From contig OX597815.1 of the NCBI GenBank assembly GCA_951406725.2, forward strand, positions 157,852,001 to 157,916,000: a stretch of DNA of 64,000 nucleotides, given 5' to 3'. Shown piece by piece: positions 41,110 through 54,920 of the stretch (position 1 is its first letter; each line of letters opens with the position of its first letter). The position numbers were made by a program, and so were the translations under genes. The notes beneath the pieces were generated by a model. That model saw nothing but the letters and a program-made list of their open reading frames with translations. It was not told the origin of the DNA and ran no database searches. This DNA is from Octopus vulgaris (Eukaryota).

Positions 41110-41428
41110 TTCCCTCCAAGATTACCATGTGCATCACAAGATAGTACCACAGAAAGAGAACTGCAGTTTGTTACATGGGAGTGAAAAATTCATTACAAAT
41201 ATAAGGGTAAAGCATTATTAATTCAATAATTAATCAATTTTACCAAGTAGTTTCGGTATGTAAAGAGAACCATTATCGGTAAGAACTTTTACAAAAAGTT
41301 TTTTATATATACAAATATAATTAAGGGTTAAGTAACAAGTTGCAATGAATTTTTCACTCCCATATAACGAACTGCAGTTCTCTTTCTGCGGTACTATCTT
41401 GTGACGCACATGGTAATCTTGGAGGGAA
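41110..41428. repeat. Inverted repeat (arms about 41110-41198 and 41340-41428), PLE partial inverted terminal repeat
   Basis: ttccctccaagattaccatgtgc.tcacaagatagtacc.cagaaagagaactgcagtt pairs with 41370-41428. Confidence 0.9.
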
Positions 41429-41429
41429 A

Positions 41430-41790
41430 ATACGAATTCCCTCGTCTATATAGATTTGGATGTGCTGACTATCTTCTGTTATTTTCCGATGGCGCTGGAT
41501 CGGGATGCAGGGAGTAGGTTCCCAGCATTTTCAAATTTATAAATTATCGAATTATTGTGCTGAGAACGGGAATGAATTTGTATAATTCTAACCCAGAAAC
41601 GCGTCCACAATTAATCGAAGACTGTTTGATTTCGTTATTTTTCTTCTTTTGCCTATGTGAGTTACAAATATTGTTATCTGTGGGGTAATATCTGTAGTAA
41701 AAAGGAATAAGCTGTCTTTGGCTGCTATTTCTAAATTTTCGGCATGTGGTGGAGCAACTTGTTGCTTAATGCCTAATTATATTTATATCA
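41430..41790 (-). mobile_element. Highly decayed PLE GIY-YIG C-terminus
   Basis: The minus strand reads ..QLIPFYYRYYPTDNNICNSHRQK..IKQSSIN, resembling the end of ORF 796-1209. It is adjacent to the inverted repeat. Confidence 0.4.
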
Positions 41791-42719
41791 GAATGTAATA
41801 AATATTTTATGTTTTGTCTCCTTTTGCTTCTTCAACAAACTGCTATGTTTTCTCTCATGCAAACAAAATTGAAAATTACTTTAGAATTTCTTGTTTTTGT
41901 GCAAAGATGGTTTTAAGTTCAAGCAACAAAGAAAACTAGCAATAAAATTCCCATTCTGGTGACGTCATTAAATTTGGAATTTTTGGTAAAAAAAAAAAAT
42001 AAAGAGACAGAAACATTAACAACATCGATGTTAACAAATCGCAGCTTCAGAAACGAAATTGATTATCTTTAGAGAGTAAAATTTCGTTTTATTTTTGTTT
42101 TGTGGGGATTTTGTTTTACAAATTTGCTGAAGTGTTAATAGCATTTACTGTTTAACTGCATTCATTTAAGTATTGCAACAGCAGAGTTATCGCGCAACGG
42201 AGTTTCAATTCCTAGATGAAGTTGTTCTATTTCGCGCTTCATGTAACTAAAGCATCTGGGAAAAGGTTTTTATTGAGTCACTCGGCTAATTAGAAATAGT
42301 GGTGGAATCTGCTTCAAATCATACTCTACTCGTTCTTTTTATTAAGAAAGGTTACACAGGATAATGTAAGCCTTGAAATATGCTTTGAAGTTGGAATGGT
42401 CACTGCTGGCATGTCTTAGGGACATAAGTCTGCTTATTAAGAGCGTATCTGGATTTAAATAACAAACAGCATAAAACTCACATTGATTTCTAAAGATAAA
42501 ACATCACACATCATTTGCCAGAGAGATTTGTCACTTATACGTATAATATCTGAACATACGTGGCATTTACGTTATCGATCCCAGAGGATGGAAGGCAAAG
42601 TTGACATCGGTGTAATTTTGAACTCAGAACGTTGAGAGACACAAATAAGGCAAAGCAATTTATCAGTCATCATATCGATTATGATCTTATTGGTATTCAA
42701 TATTACCCATACCCTTAAG

Positions 42720-42930
42720 ATGGCTAATTAGCAGAAGCGTTAGCACGCCGAGAAAAATGCTTAGAGACATTTCGTCCATCTTTACGTTCTGGGTTCAAAT
42801 GTGGCCAGGGTTGACTTTGCCTTTCATCCTTTCGGAGTTGATAAAATAAGTACCATTTGAGTCCTGGGGTCGATTTAATCGACTTAGCCCTTCCCCGAAA
42901 CTGCTGGCCCTGTGCCAAATTTTGAAACCA
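42720..42930 (+). mobile_element. SINE S1
   Basis: gcagaagcgttagcacgccg...gttcaaat...gactttgcctttcatcctttcgg. Confidence 0.85.
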
Positions 42931-45072
42931 ATATTACCCATATCTCTGCCCATGTGCTAAAGTTTGAAACCAATACAACCCCTATCCTGATGACAAGATA
43001 ATGTTTTAAATTAATACATTTCTTTCATTTTGATTGCGTGTTCATATTCCACCTGCATCGACTTTACGCTTTACACGGACCCAATTCTATACTGGGATTT
43101 AGGTAAGTTGAACTCGTTAAGATTTGATCTCACCAATGTAAGATACCAAACGAACAGATGGAAAGGCCTCTATGATGTCAATCAACTTGCTATAAATAGC
43201 AGCCAAATATCCCCCAATCCATATATTACCATTTTTAATTTAAAAAAAAAACATTGGACCGAGTAGTCTCTGGTACACGAAAACACAAATGGTTGAGACT
43301 GTAACATGGTTACTGCCAGAAATAATACCGATCATATCAATGATATCCATTATCGGCAGCAAACCAGAAAGTGGTTGGAAGTGGGAAGTTTAGACGATAA
43401 TTCCATGAACGTTGGATGTAATTCGATAAGTCTATCTAATTTTCGAATTAATATAGTCATTGATATCAACTACGGTACTTGATAGTTATATACTTTATCG
43501 ATATCGGAAGCATAGAAAACAAATTCGACTGCAACAAAGACTCAACTCTAAATGCTGATTGCTATAACTAAACGCTACCGAAAATTTAGCCTGAGATATT
43601 GTCAAACCATTTAGTGCAGCAAATATAATTTTGGTACAATGTCATATTTAACACATATTTTTATGGAAGAGGTAGAATCGACTGATGTAACAATCCAATG
43701 AAGGAGTATGTGCATCTTTGCTTGGTCTCCTAGAAATAGCAGTAAAATCTCTCTCAAACACCCCCCCACACACACACACCGACAACGTATTAAAATAATA
43801 AAGACACGCTAGTTATTGCTATACTGTACTACGAATGTATTTATAAATTTTTAGTCAGCCATACAGCGAATTGGGTGAGTCGTTGGAGCTCCAAAAAGAC
43901 GCCTCGCAGTATTTCTTCCTGGGACGACATTGATGCCAAGCTATATCGATTGACCATAAAGCAGCCGCCTTTCCTTTGGACGATATAGGTGACGTGACGT
44001 GTACAGACTTGCATGTATGGGCAAATCCCAGTCAGCCACAAAAACTTGCCTAAGCCTGCACATACATGTAGCGATGTAGGGTCAACTCTGACAGCGGGAT
44101 TCTGCTTTAGTCAATATTGTACATGTTGGCTAAAAAAATCTATCCCCCTTATACATACACACATACGTACATGATAGTGGTTGCCGACTCATTATTCGAG
44201 TATGACTCTTCTCATGGCCAGCACTAACACAGTGCATACACATAGGCGCCAAACTAGTTAAAAGCTAACTACACACAAATTCGCAGGTAATATGGAGCTG
44301 AATATTTACAGTTTAAATTTGCGAGATGGTTAGAAATAGTTTTACATGTTATATGACCAGAAATTACAATTTAGTCCAGCAAGAAATTTACAAACTTTTC
44401 CACACAGACATGAAAATACTTGATTTCGCTGTGAAGATTGTTAGAAATAGTTATTGGGACATTTCATGTGCATTGTCAACCAAGATTTACTTCTAGTGGC
44501 CTAAATAAGTGCTTCCGCTTATGACTAACTAGTCCAGCTTGGGAGAATTGAATACAGTTGCAGGTATCACAAATAAGGAGAGAACGATCATTGACCACAA
44601 ACAAACCCTTTCTTGCCTCTTTTTATCAGTGTATATTTCTGCTTATTATCTTCAAACAAGGCATCTGGTAGTGAGGGTCCAGTTTAGGCGCTCGGAGTTG
44701 TAAGGAGCATGGAATTACCACTTAATTATCATTACTCCCAGATCCGTTCTGACCCTTAATAATAGTACTTGTCACGGTTTCACCTATGAGTTAAATTTCC
44801 CAGGAGTAGAAGATGTTAAGGTTATTTTGACAAAGCCGGGGTGGGAGGTATTCTAACGTAAACCTTGCAGTCAAAATAGTACCAGTCATCTTGCAATACT
44901 TGTTACTGGAGCCTGCTATGGCGACCGAGAGAGTAGGAAAAGTGTTGTACAAGATTTTATCCCTTAAATTCAATAACGTATAGTTGTCCCACTATCTTTT
45001 AATTTCTTAATCCATTTTGTATTTTTATAAAATCCTATAGCGATGGATGCATGGCTGAACAGTTATAATATC

Positions 45073-45137
<65 letters not shown>

Positions 45138-45844
45138 CTCCTAAAGCTGATTTCAGATATGATCCATCCCATTCTTGTAAAAATAATAACTCTGTCCAAA
45201 TTGGTGTGCTAAACACAAATTGTCTTTTCTGTAGAGCTTTAGAATTTTCAAATGAAACAAATGGTATGTGCTGCTCATGCGGTCAGGTAACATTGCCAGT
45301 ACTACCAGCTCCTTCTCAACCTCTTATGGATCTTCTAGAAGGCATTTCCATCCAGTCAAAGGATTTTCTGGACAATATCAGACAATACAACTCTGCAAAT
45401 GACATCGTTTGGAGCATCTAAGAAGACAAACATGAATTTACGACGACGTCGAAGTTCAAGGGCAAGTCTACCACCTCAATGGTTCCCTGTTACCTACAAA
45501 GGAACAACCACAGTTACTCCAAATTTACTTTATGAGTGATGTAGGACAACAAACCCGAAGGAGGTGTCAACATTTCAGATGATGGGTCGTGTTAGATTAG
45601 ACACAGCGCCGACTGCTGCAAAAGAGAGTATATCCACTGACAGCTTCTCCGTGCGTTCAAAAATCACATAACCCCCACAGGTTAGGGCCTGAAATACTCC
45701 AAACGGACGCATAGCATATTGCTTAGTCGAATTAGCCCATCATTTACTCCACAAAAGTTTTGCTGTCAATGCTGCACTTTCCCATATCACCTGTTTCAAC
45801 ATAACTGCCATTTTAATCCCGAGCAACGCCGGGTGTCTCTACAA

Positions 45845-45846
<2 letters not shown>
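45138..45846 (+). mobile_element. Internally deleted Helitron (Rep N-terminal fragment plus 3' terminus) in (TA)n
   Basis: CLFCRALEFSNETNGMCCSCGQVTLP...FLDNIRQYNSA, MTSFGA, VQGQVYHLNGSLLP and QIYF. The 3' hairpin cccgagcaacgccggg (45818-45833) is followed by CAAG (degenerate CTAG). Confidence 0.88.
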
Positions 45847-45892
<46 letters not shown>

Positions 45893-46265
45893 CAGAAATT
45901 GAAAGCGATAGTAAAAAGTAAAATATGAAGATAGATAGATAGCTATACCAATTTATATTCAGTTTTCGATATTTCATACAAAATAGTTTAGGATGTGATC
46001 AATTAGTGATTAGGAACAAAAGCGGAAAAAAGAGAAGTTAAATTAAATAAAATTATTCAATGTTATATTTTTATTAGCCTGTAGGTAAAATACTTTTTCT
46101 GTGTTGACTTCAGTTTTTCGTGTGAAATGTCGACAAATCTCTTGAGCTGGAATTTTCGAATTAAATAATCACTTTTCAGACAGCAATTCTAGCACAAAAT
46201 AGAAATAACAAAACGAAACACTTTTCTACAGATAAAGTATTTCTTTCTCTATGTCTTACTTGTCT

Positions 46266-46347
<82 letters not shown>

Positions 46348-46714
46348 GTCTATGTTTTATTTTCCAGACACTCTCATCTCAAATAATTGAGCATCCTGTC
46401 TATTCTAACCGAATGAATCTCGAAGTTATTCCACTTGTCAATTATACCGAACTCAATGAAATTCGATTTATTTGTTGTGATTCTCCGAGAAATTGCTTCG
46501 ACTTCACATTCAGTTGAAAATGGTTTGAGAAGTATTTTGTGATTGACCAACGAATGAAGGGAAAACGTTCAATAGTTGTGAGACACAAATAATAGATGTT
46601 TCATCTATTTAATTTTATAATTTATAGTAAATTTAATTAAAAATAAATAGTACAAAATTGCTACATGTTTGCATGTATTTAATGTTTACTTAAGTAAGAA
46701 AATTATGCAGATGC

Positions 46715-47445
46715 AAGCATAACGGTGTGGTCAAGAAGCTCGTTTTGCGACCATGTTTTTTCGAGTTCAGTGCCACTACAGTACCTTGGGTAAGTGACTT
46801 CTGCAATAGCCGCGCACCAATCGATGCCTTGTAAGTGGATTCGGTAGGGCTGAAACTGAAAGAAACCCGTCGCTTGACAACCGGTGTTCGTTTATTTATG
46901 TTCCCGTAACTTAATGATTTGGTGAAAGAGATCGATAGAATAAGTACTAGACTTTAAAAAAAAAGCACTAGGGTTGATTCGTTCGGCTAAATTCTTCAAG
47001 ACGGTGTTTCATTATGGCCGCAGTCCTATGACTGAAGCAGTGGAGGCGCAATGGCCCAGTGGTTGGGGCAGCGGACTCGCGGTCATAGGATCGCGGTTTC
47101 GATTCCCAGACCGGGCGTTGTGAGTGTTTATTGAGCGAAAACACCTAAAGCTCCACGAGGCTCCGGCAGGGATGGTGGTGATCCCTGCTGTACTCTTTCA
47201 CCACAACTTTATCTCACTCTTACTTCCTGTTTCTATTGTACCTGTATTTCAAAGGGCCGGCCTTGTCACTCTCTGTGTCACGCTGAATATCCCCGAGAAC
47301 TACGTTAAGGGTACACGTGTCTGTGGAGTGCTCACCCACTTGCACGTTAATTTCACGAACAGGCTGTTCCGTTGATCGGATCAACCGGAACCCTCGTCGT
47401 CATAACCGACGGAGTGCTTCCTATGACTGAAACAAGTAAAAAGCA
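46715..47445 (+). mobile_element. SINE S2 host copy interrupted by a younger SINE
   Basis: gtgtggtcaagaagctcg...gagttcagtgccact...ccttgggtaagtg; it resumes after 47431 as acaagtaaaaag. Confidence 0.75.
47037..47418 (+). mobile_element. Young tRNA-derived SINE (S3-related) with a 13-bp TSD
   Basis: A box tggcccagtgg and B box ggtttcgattccc. TSD tcctatgactgaa at 47024-47036 and 47419-47431. Confidence 0.9.
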
Positions 47446-48161
47446 AAATATACTAAATGACATTAATTGGCAGAGTTACTTAATCATCGGATAAAATATT
47501 TTACTGTATTTGCCCAAATCCCACTGACGGGTAACTTTACCTCTCATCATTCTGGGGTCAATTTCAATCTTTTCCAGAACTGCCGTGATTTTGCACCCAA
47601 AGAAATGTTGTGGAGAACCTCTTTTTCTGGAAATGGGAGGCGAGGATGAAAGAGAGGGGCTAGCAATCATAGACAAACTACTTACACTATATGTTAGACA
47701 TGACCATTGGGAGATTGTGAATAACATAAAATTACCTTAAGTGTATACATTTGGAACTTTAACATCGCTTGTATTTATTACGGGATACTGATGAGGTGAA
47801 ATGCATGAGTGTATTACGCTTCAACAACTGTTAAGTGATTGTTTTGGCATTATAACGAAACACGTGTGTCTGATAGAGCTTTCAATGTTACACACGTTTC
47901 TGCTTGTTATTTTTTCTATTTTCTGGCTTGTATGCTGCCCACTAGCCTATTCCGAAGTTGGTGTCTCGCTTTGTATTACACTAGATACTGGAGTGGAGTG
48001 TGGAATTCACTACTGAGTCCGATTTTGGGTGCGTGTCGCACTTTACTGTACCCCTTTCTACAATCTCTCTCTCTTACACACACACACACATACACACGCG
48101 CACGCACGAATACACGTATGCACACACCACACACACACTCACACACACATATGTATGTATA

Positions 48162-49389
48162 GGAGGGTAGGCTGAATGGGTGATGCTAGAACTGTGAAAT
48201 CCTGCGTGCATTAATTTCAGCTCTTCTTATTCATAACTGCTTTGTTTCTTTCCAGGGAAACTGACATCTGACTGTTCAAAAAAGACTTCAAAAGTAACTA
48301 GCAGTGACTTTTCTTGAAAATGGACAAAATTTGGCATTCTGGTATTACCGAGTACCTGCAGAAAAGGACATTCATGCTGACGTGATTGCTACATTAATGG
48401 ATGACGCTCCGGTTTTTATCAACAATGCAAAAGGGGACAGCTGAATTTACGAGTGGATTGGAGATTCTTGAACATGACCCAAGGTTTGGATGTTCTGCAA
48501 CTGCAACTGCAACTACCAAGGAAAACATTGATTGTGTTCACCACACACTGACGGATGACAGGCAATTGACTATAAATTAAATAGCCACTATTAGCATGTC
48601 CCGTAAGATAGTTGAGAATATTATGTACAATGAACACGGCATGACGAATATTTCTGTTCGGTGGGGTCTATGTCTTCTGGCACCCGATTTAAAACGCACC
48701 TGGCCGATCACTTCACGGGGGGATCTGACATTGTTTGGGGCAGCTCCAGCTGACTTTCTTGAACGTTTCCTAAGATAAGATGAGTGTTGGCTTCATCACT
48801 TTGAGCCAGAGACAAAGAGACAATCCATGCGGTGGAAACGCACCTCCTCACCAATTCCAAAGAAGGCCAAGGTCATTTCATCTGCAGGAAAGGTAATGAC
48901 TTCAGTTTTATGGGATGCAAAGGGCATTGTGTTTATCGACTATCTTCAAAAGGGCTATACCAAGTTGCTAAGGTAGTTACGAAAGGCTATCAAGATCAAA
49001 CGCCCAGGAAAACGGACGAAAGGCGTTTTGTTTCATGAGGGCAATGCTCCAGCACACAAATCGTTAGTTTCAATGGCTGCTGTAGGTGACAGTGGCATTG
49101 GACTGGTTGATCACTCTCCCCATTCTCCTGATTTGGCCCATCTGACTATCATTTGTTCCTCGACATGAAAAAGACCTTGGCTGGGAAGCAATATCATAGT
49201 GATGATGACATTATATCAGTTGCTGATGGCTTTTCGACCAACAGGATGAAAACTTCTTCACAATTGGAATCCAAACACTACAGCACCGATAGAAGTGTGA
49301 GCCGCTAGGGGGACTATGTTGAGAAATAAACCTCATTCGGTTACATTTCAGTATCTTGGTCAGCCCATAGCCTTTTCAGTCAACTCTCG
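48162..49389 (+). mobile_element. Mariner (DD34D-type) DNA transposon, full-length but pseudogenised
   Basis: SVRWGLCLL (WVPxxL-like), DECWLHHFEPETKRQSM, SAGKVMTSVLWDAKGIVFIDYL, HEGNAPAH and PHSPDLA.SDYHLF. Degenerate TIRs gagggtaggctgaa / ttcagtcaactctc. Confidence 0.9.
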
Positions 49390-49477
49390 TGTGTGTGTGT
49401 GCGTGTGTTTACACACACAATATTTTTATAATGTTTAAGAGAAAACTACTCAGGAGCGAATTAGAAATGTCTTTATA

Positions 49478-49687
49478 CAGTACTCCCTCACCTATCGTGG
49501 TTTATTATTTAAGCTTACGTCGATTCCTTCATGGAGTTGTTTTGCATTTATAATAAAATAAATATATACAAATTATAAAAATAATTTTAAAAATATATGC
49601 AGTACAGCACTGTTTCTACTTCGCGGATTTTCACCTATCATGGTGGGGTTTTGGAACGTAACACCCGCGATAGTCGAGGGATTATTG
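49478..49687. mobile_element. pogo/Tigger-like MITE with TA TSD
   Basis: ta|cagtactccctcacctatcgtgg ... ccgcgatagtcgagggattattg|ta. Confidence 0.75.
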
Positions 49688-50616
49688 TAATATTGTAATA
49701 TTGCCAAGTTTATAATACAAAACCTTATTTAAATGAGATAAATTTTTGCTGGTAAATAATTCACAATATTTTAAACAGATATTTTCTAAACAAAAATTAC
49801 TGAAAAAAGATACCGAAATAAACAGAAAAGTCTTATTGATGTAGCCGGTAGTGGGGTTGTATGTGTGTGTGTTGGTGGTCTTTTTCATGTTTTTCTTTAT
49901 TCACATGACAGTCCTATTGAAGAAGACCGGTGATCAAAGGCAGCAAGCCGTGCACAACTCTCCATTTTCCTTACCAAATAGGACTACACTATCTTTTGTG
50001 TCTTTGTTTTATAACTGGCAGGGCGTGCTATGGGTTGGGGATGAGATTTTTAGCTGTTATTTCAAGCAAAATAATCGACCCCTTAGAGGCACCCTGATGA
50101 ATGGTATGTCCAACACAACTACCGGACATGTGTATTATGTTGAATGTTTTTGTATGAGTTTTGAACGGTAAATTTGTTATTAACCAGAAGAATAATCAGA
50201 GCCGAATTTATTGTCATAATGATTAGGACACAAATATTGACTTACATATTTCTTTCTTCAGCAGTTCCTGTAAAACAGAAAAGAAAACAGTCACTTCTCT
50301 ACTTCATGTCAATAGAAGACCAGTAAAACTCTAGACTTTTTGCAAGCTGATCTTTCCAGGGAATACATGTCAAATACTTCTCATACACAGAATATACGCG
50401 ACGTAAAAAGGGGTGCACAAGCCTCGCAAACAAACTACTAGTCATTCAATTCATTTTATCAGATATTAATGATAAATAGAAACAACAACAGCATAAAAAA
50501 TATGGACGACAAAAGCAACGTCAGAAATAACGATAAGAACAAGGGTAGTAGTGATGATGATAACGATGATGATGACGATAATAATAATAAGAATAAGAAT
50601 AAGAATAAGAATAAGA

Positions 50617-50656
<40 letters not shown>

Positions 50657-51724
50657 GTAGTAGTAGTATTATAATTATTATTATTATATGGGTAACAACA
50701 GCAATAATAATTAAGATAAATCAACATCGACAACAGCAGCATCAGCAATAATAGCGATAATACCATAATCAATATCATCCTGATAGTTTGGTCCCGCCTT
50801 TTTATGGTATTGGGTGTTATATGAAATGGTACGAGGAGGAACAAAAGTCTGAGGAGCATCAATATTTCTCTCGCTGAGCCAACGAGGAAGTCCCTTGCTG
50901 TTCGATCCAGACCTCCTATTCGATGTGAAAAAAAAAATCTATTACTTCTTGGTATCCTTATTGTTATTGATTTTTCTCAGCCGTTCGTATTTGTGTGCGT
51001 GCGTGCATGTGTGTGTGTGTATGTGTGTGTGTGTGTGTGTTTCGAATCTCTTCACAGTTGTTGTCGTTGGTGGTGGTGGTGGTGGTGGTGGTGGTGGTGG
51101 TGGTGGTGGTAGTGGTGGTGGTGGTGCTACAGGAGTATTTCTCATTTTGAATGCCTGACAATATGTCTCAGATGGGTTAGGCTGCAACCTTCAGTGTATA
51201 TTTTGCGCGCGCAAAATCATACAAAAACTGGTTGAGATTGATTCATGTAATCATAGAATATCTCTCTGTGCAGAGAGAGAGAGAGAGAGAGAGGGGGGGT
51301 TCTCGTGCTTGAGTTTCTTTTCAAGAACACGGTGAAAAAAGAAAATGGGAACGAGCTCCAAAGACAGTATAACATCAGACAAAGGATACAGATAGAAAGA
51401 AGAGATATGACGATAATAGTAATATAAATTATGGATTCACCCAACGAAAACGACGTATGAGTGTTCAGCTTTTTGCCGAACGACCGGCACAAATGATTTG
51501 TTTATAGCGATCAAATGTTTATGCAGTGCATTAGCTCACTCCCTTCGTTAAATGAACAGTGTACCACGCGTTACATGTCGAAATGATCACGGAGTAACGT
51601 GTGATGAAGTGTTTTGCTCAAGAATAACGCATCAGCCGGCATAGGAATTGAAACCACGATCTCGCGATGGTGAGTACAACACCCTAGCCACTAGGCCATG
51701 TGATTTTGCAATATAAATATTACA

Positions 51725-52470
51725 GAGGAGGAAATGGAAAAGATCCTCAAAAAGATACTAAATTAGGAAGCTCTAGAACCCGATTGAGTTCAAGGATCCT
51801 AGTTTAAAAATCTCACAAATATACATAGCTTTATAAAACAGTTTTTTACTAACTGTATAAAATGAACATGGATGACAAAAAGAAAGACAATGTAAATACT
51901 GAAAAACAAAGAATAAAGAAAGCCAGTCAATAATTATAGACCTATTACATGCTTACCATTACTCTGGAAATTACAAACTTGCTTCATGAAAGGTGAATTG
52001 TGTAGCTTTCTGGAGAAGAATCTTTTACCAGAATAGCAAAATAGATGCAAAAAAGAAGTCAAAGAGAACTACTGGTATGTTGTCCATCGATATCATAACA
52101 CTAAGTCATGTTCGAATAAGAAAGAACTTAACTTAGCAGTTGTTTGGATAGTTGAAAGCATACGACAATTTTGCTAGCTTTTGGAGTGACTCGGGGTAAT
52201 CGGGGTCAATGAAAAACTCATCAGTTTAAGAAAATACGATGAGATCATGACAAATTGTGCAAAATTTCAGAAGTAAATCATTAGGAAACGGGAAAATACG
52301 CAGGTCTATATTTCAAGGAGGCTTTCTCTCTCCATTACTTTTCGTGATTATGTTTATTCCTCTGGCAAGTATTCTTAAAACAAATCCAGATTTGCGTATT
52401 TTGGAGGACTTAAAACTATACACCAAAATTTTAAAATACCCGAATTCTATTCTCTGAACAGTATAAATAA
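51725..52470 (+). mobile_element. Very degenerate R4-like RT fragment
   Basis: NYRPITCLPLLWKL, IFQGGFLSPLLF and EDLKLY are present. Confidence 0.75.
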
Positions 52471-52499
52471 TGTGAATGCAAAATTCTTCTAAGCAAAGA

Positions 52500-53990
52500 C
52501 AATGCGAAACTATATAGTTTATGTAAGATACCACTGTTATGAGCCGCTCCTTTTTGAAACAGCATATTAATATTTGTTTAATATTACTAAACGCATGTAT
52601 CATAAATGCTAAAGTGCAACTGATGCATCTGAGCATATAGCATGTAACTCCCTTGTATAATAACACTCATCGCATCTCAAAGATGCCATTGAAAATGTAA
52701 TTTTAATGTATCCCATCGGTCAAGAACTTTACACAGCTACTTCCCGTTAACTATCATGGGGCTGAAAGAAGAATCATTTTCAATGGTTTATCACTATTGT
52801 TATTAAATTTTCATGTAAGATTCTCTTGAAAGCGCTGATCTGTGGAAGAAGTTGTAACTTTCTCTTAGCAGACAATCAATGTTATAGGTTAATTCTTCAG
52901 CAACTTGGGAACATGGAAAGTAGCAAATGCATTTTATGCGAATCAAGTCTGGATTATTCAATTTCATTAATGTGTAAAGAGAATTGTTGATGCAACCAAA
53001 GATTGAAGTTATGTCTATTACAACAGCAAAGCAATTTTTCAATGTTAATTCCCACATTAAGGCTGTGAGCTGGCAGAATTGTTACCACGCCGGACAAAAT
53101 GTTTAGCGGTATTTCTCCCGATTTTATATTCTGAGTTCAAATTCCACCGAGATAGATTCTGCCTTTCATCCTTTCGGGGTCGATGAAATAAGTACCAGTC
53201 TAGCCTTGGGATCGATGTAATCGACTTATCCCCTATTCCAAACTTACTGACCTTGTACTAAGATTTGAAATTAATGTCAATTCCCACATCAAGGCAGGGA
53301 GCTGGCAGAATGGTTACCGCAACGAGCAAAATGCTTAGCGATATTTCGTCCCTCTTTACGTTCTGAATTCAAATTCCGCCAAGACGGGCTTTGCCTTTCA
53401 TTATTTCGGGTTCATGAAATAAGTACCAGTCCATGTAATGAACTACTCTTTTCCTCAAACTTACTGATCTTATGCCAAAATTTAAAACCGTTATTATTTC
53501 CTACATCATGCGAAATTTTATCACGACTTTATGCAACCCTTCAGCAAGTGGTCAATATAACATGAATTAATCCTAAAACTCTCTTTTATTGTAATTTCTC
53601 CCACTCATACACAGTTCCTTTTCAAAGTAATACCAGTTGAAAGTCATATTACTTATGTCTTTCAGTAAATATAGGGCAGTAACATATTTTTTATGTTCCG
53701 TGCGTTTTGCTGCAATTGATGACACAGGATTTGCTTTATTTAATAACTTCTAAAATATCCACGCTACAAATACACAACTGCTGCTAACGATTCTTCTCAT
53801 TTTGCAACAAGAAAAGCTGCCTTGATGGCTTGTTCAAGCATGCATTATTAAATCGATTCTGTGAGGCCGTATTTCAACATTGCATACTACATAAATCTTT
53901 ATTGCTATCATCTTTTATTTATCGATCCGAATCTGAAAATTGAAGATTCGTTCGCCAGTTTCTTTGAAATATTTTTTTTATCGTACTTTG
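52500..53990 (-). mobile_element. hAT-superfamily transposase relic, interrupted by two SINEs
   Basis: ORF 52803-53057 LKNCFAVVIDITSIFGCINNSLYTLMKLNNPDLIRIKCIC...LLRESYNFFHRS matches the hAT catalytic region (D..CxxH-like). Boundaries are approximate. Confidence 0.65.
53058..53490 (+). mobile_element. Two head-to-tail SINE S1 copies
   Basis: About 53058-53270 and 53291-53490, each preceded by aattcccacat. Confidence 0.85.
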
Positions 53991-54579
53991 GCCCTGTCGT
54001 CATAGTTTAAATGAATATAGTAAAGGCGCTTGTCCTGATGGTTCGGGTATTTAACTCAAAATCACAAGGTGGTAGGTTCTATTCCTGGATGAGCTGTTTG
54101 AGCGTTGTGTCTTGGAGAGCTCTTCATTTCATGTTGGCCCAGTCCTTTCAATTGTAATGAGTACCATCCATGGTGCTCATGCAACACACTCTCTCTCTCT
54201 CTCCCCTCTCTCTCTCTTCCTCTCTCTTTCTAGCTGCCACAACTTAGATATTCCACTCGATCAAGGGTGAAGGGGCCGAAAAAGGTACCTAAATCGACTC
54301 ACGATTAGGTAGGAAACTAAATCAATTGGCGAAAATATAGTACATGTTACGAGGTTACACTCGTTCGTAACATGTGCCATGGGTATAGTACTGGTTCAAT
54401 CAAGACTTATGTAAAAAAAAATACTTAATTTGTCCCAAATTCCGCCATGCGTCTGAGCAACTACCGAACAATTTCCAGTTCTCTTTATTATATCAGTGAT
54501 AACTTGACATATCAGATATAGTAGCAAAATATTCCTCAATTCACACTCGACTATCTCAAATAAAGAGGGGCACATTGAA

Positions 54580-54920
54580 AAAAGATGTCCTGCTTTGATT
54601 TAAAAACCGCTACATCTACTTTGTGCAAGTTGCTCAGACTCTTTGGGAGAATATTAAAAAGCTGTGGGCCCTTGAAACCCAGGCTGTTGCAGAAGCTGGT
54701 CCCGAAGCGTGACGGCATTACTGGGATCTTTGGCACTATGCAGTGTCGTCCCGTTCTAGCATTGGTGTAGCTTACAATGCCAAAATTTGGCACAATTCCT
54801 TTCCAGGATCTTCCAGACATATATTACTGCATACCTCTCCCGTCTTCTCTCCAGGGAGTAGAGTCTTAGCTGTTTCAACCTTTCCCAGTAGCTGAGCTGT
54901 TGCAAAGAGACGATCTTTGT
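54580..54920 (-). mobile_element. CR1-like LINE 3' fragment, related to 37830-38180
   Basis: NFGIVSYTNARTGRHCIVPK...SLGFKGPQLFNILPK. Confidence 0.88.

Noticed and set aside
43843-44143. MITE with terminal inverted repeats
   Set aside because: The putative TIRs match only loosely and no TSD or second copy is present.
47041-47115. tRNA gene
   Set aside because: It has A/B boxes but continues into a SINE body with a TSD, so it is a SINE head.
47785-47812. CTGATGAggtGAAAtgcatg
   Set aside because: No stem II is possible, G occupies the cleavage position, and there is no stem I.
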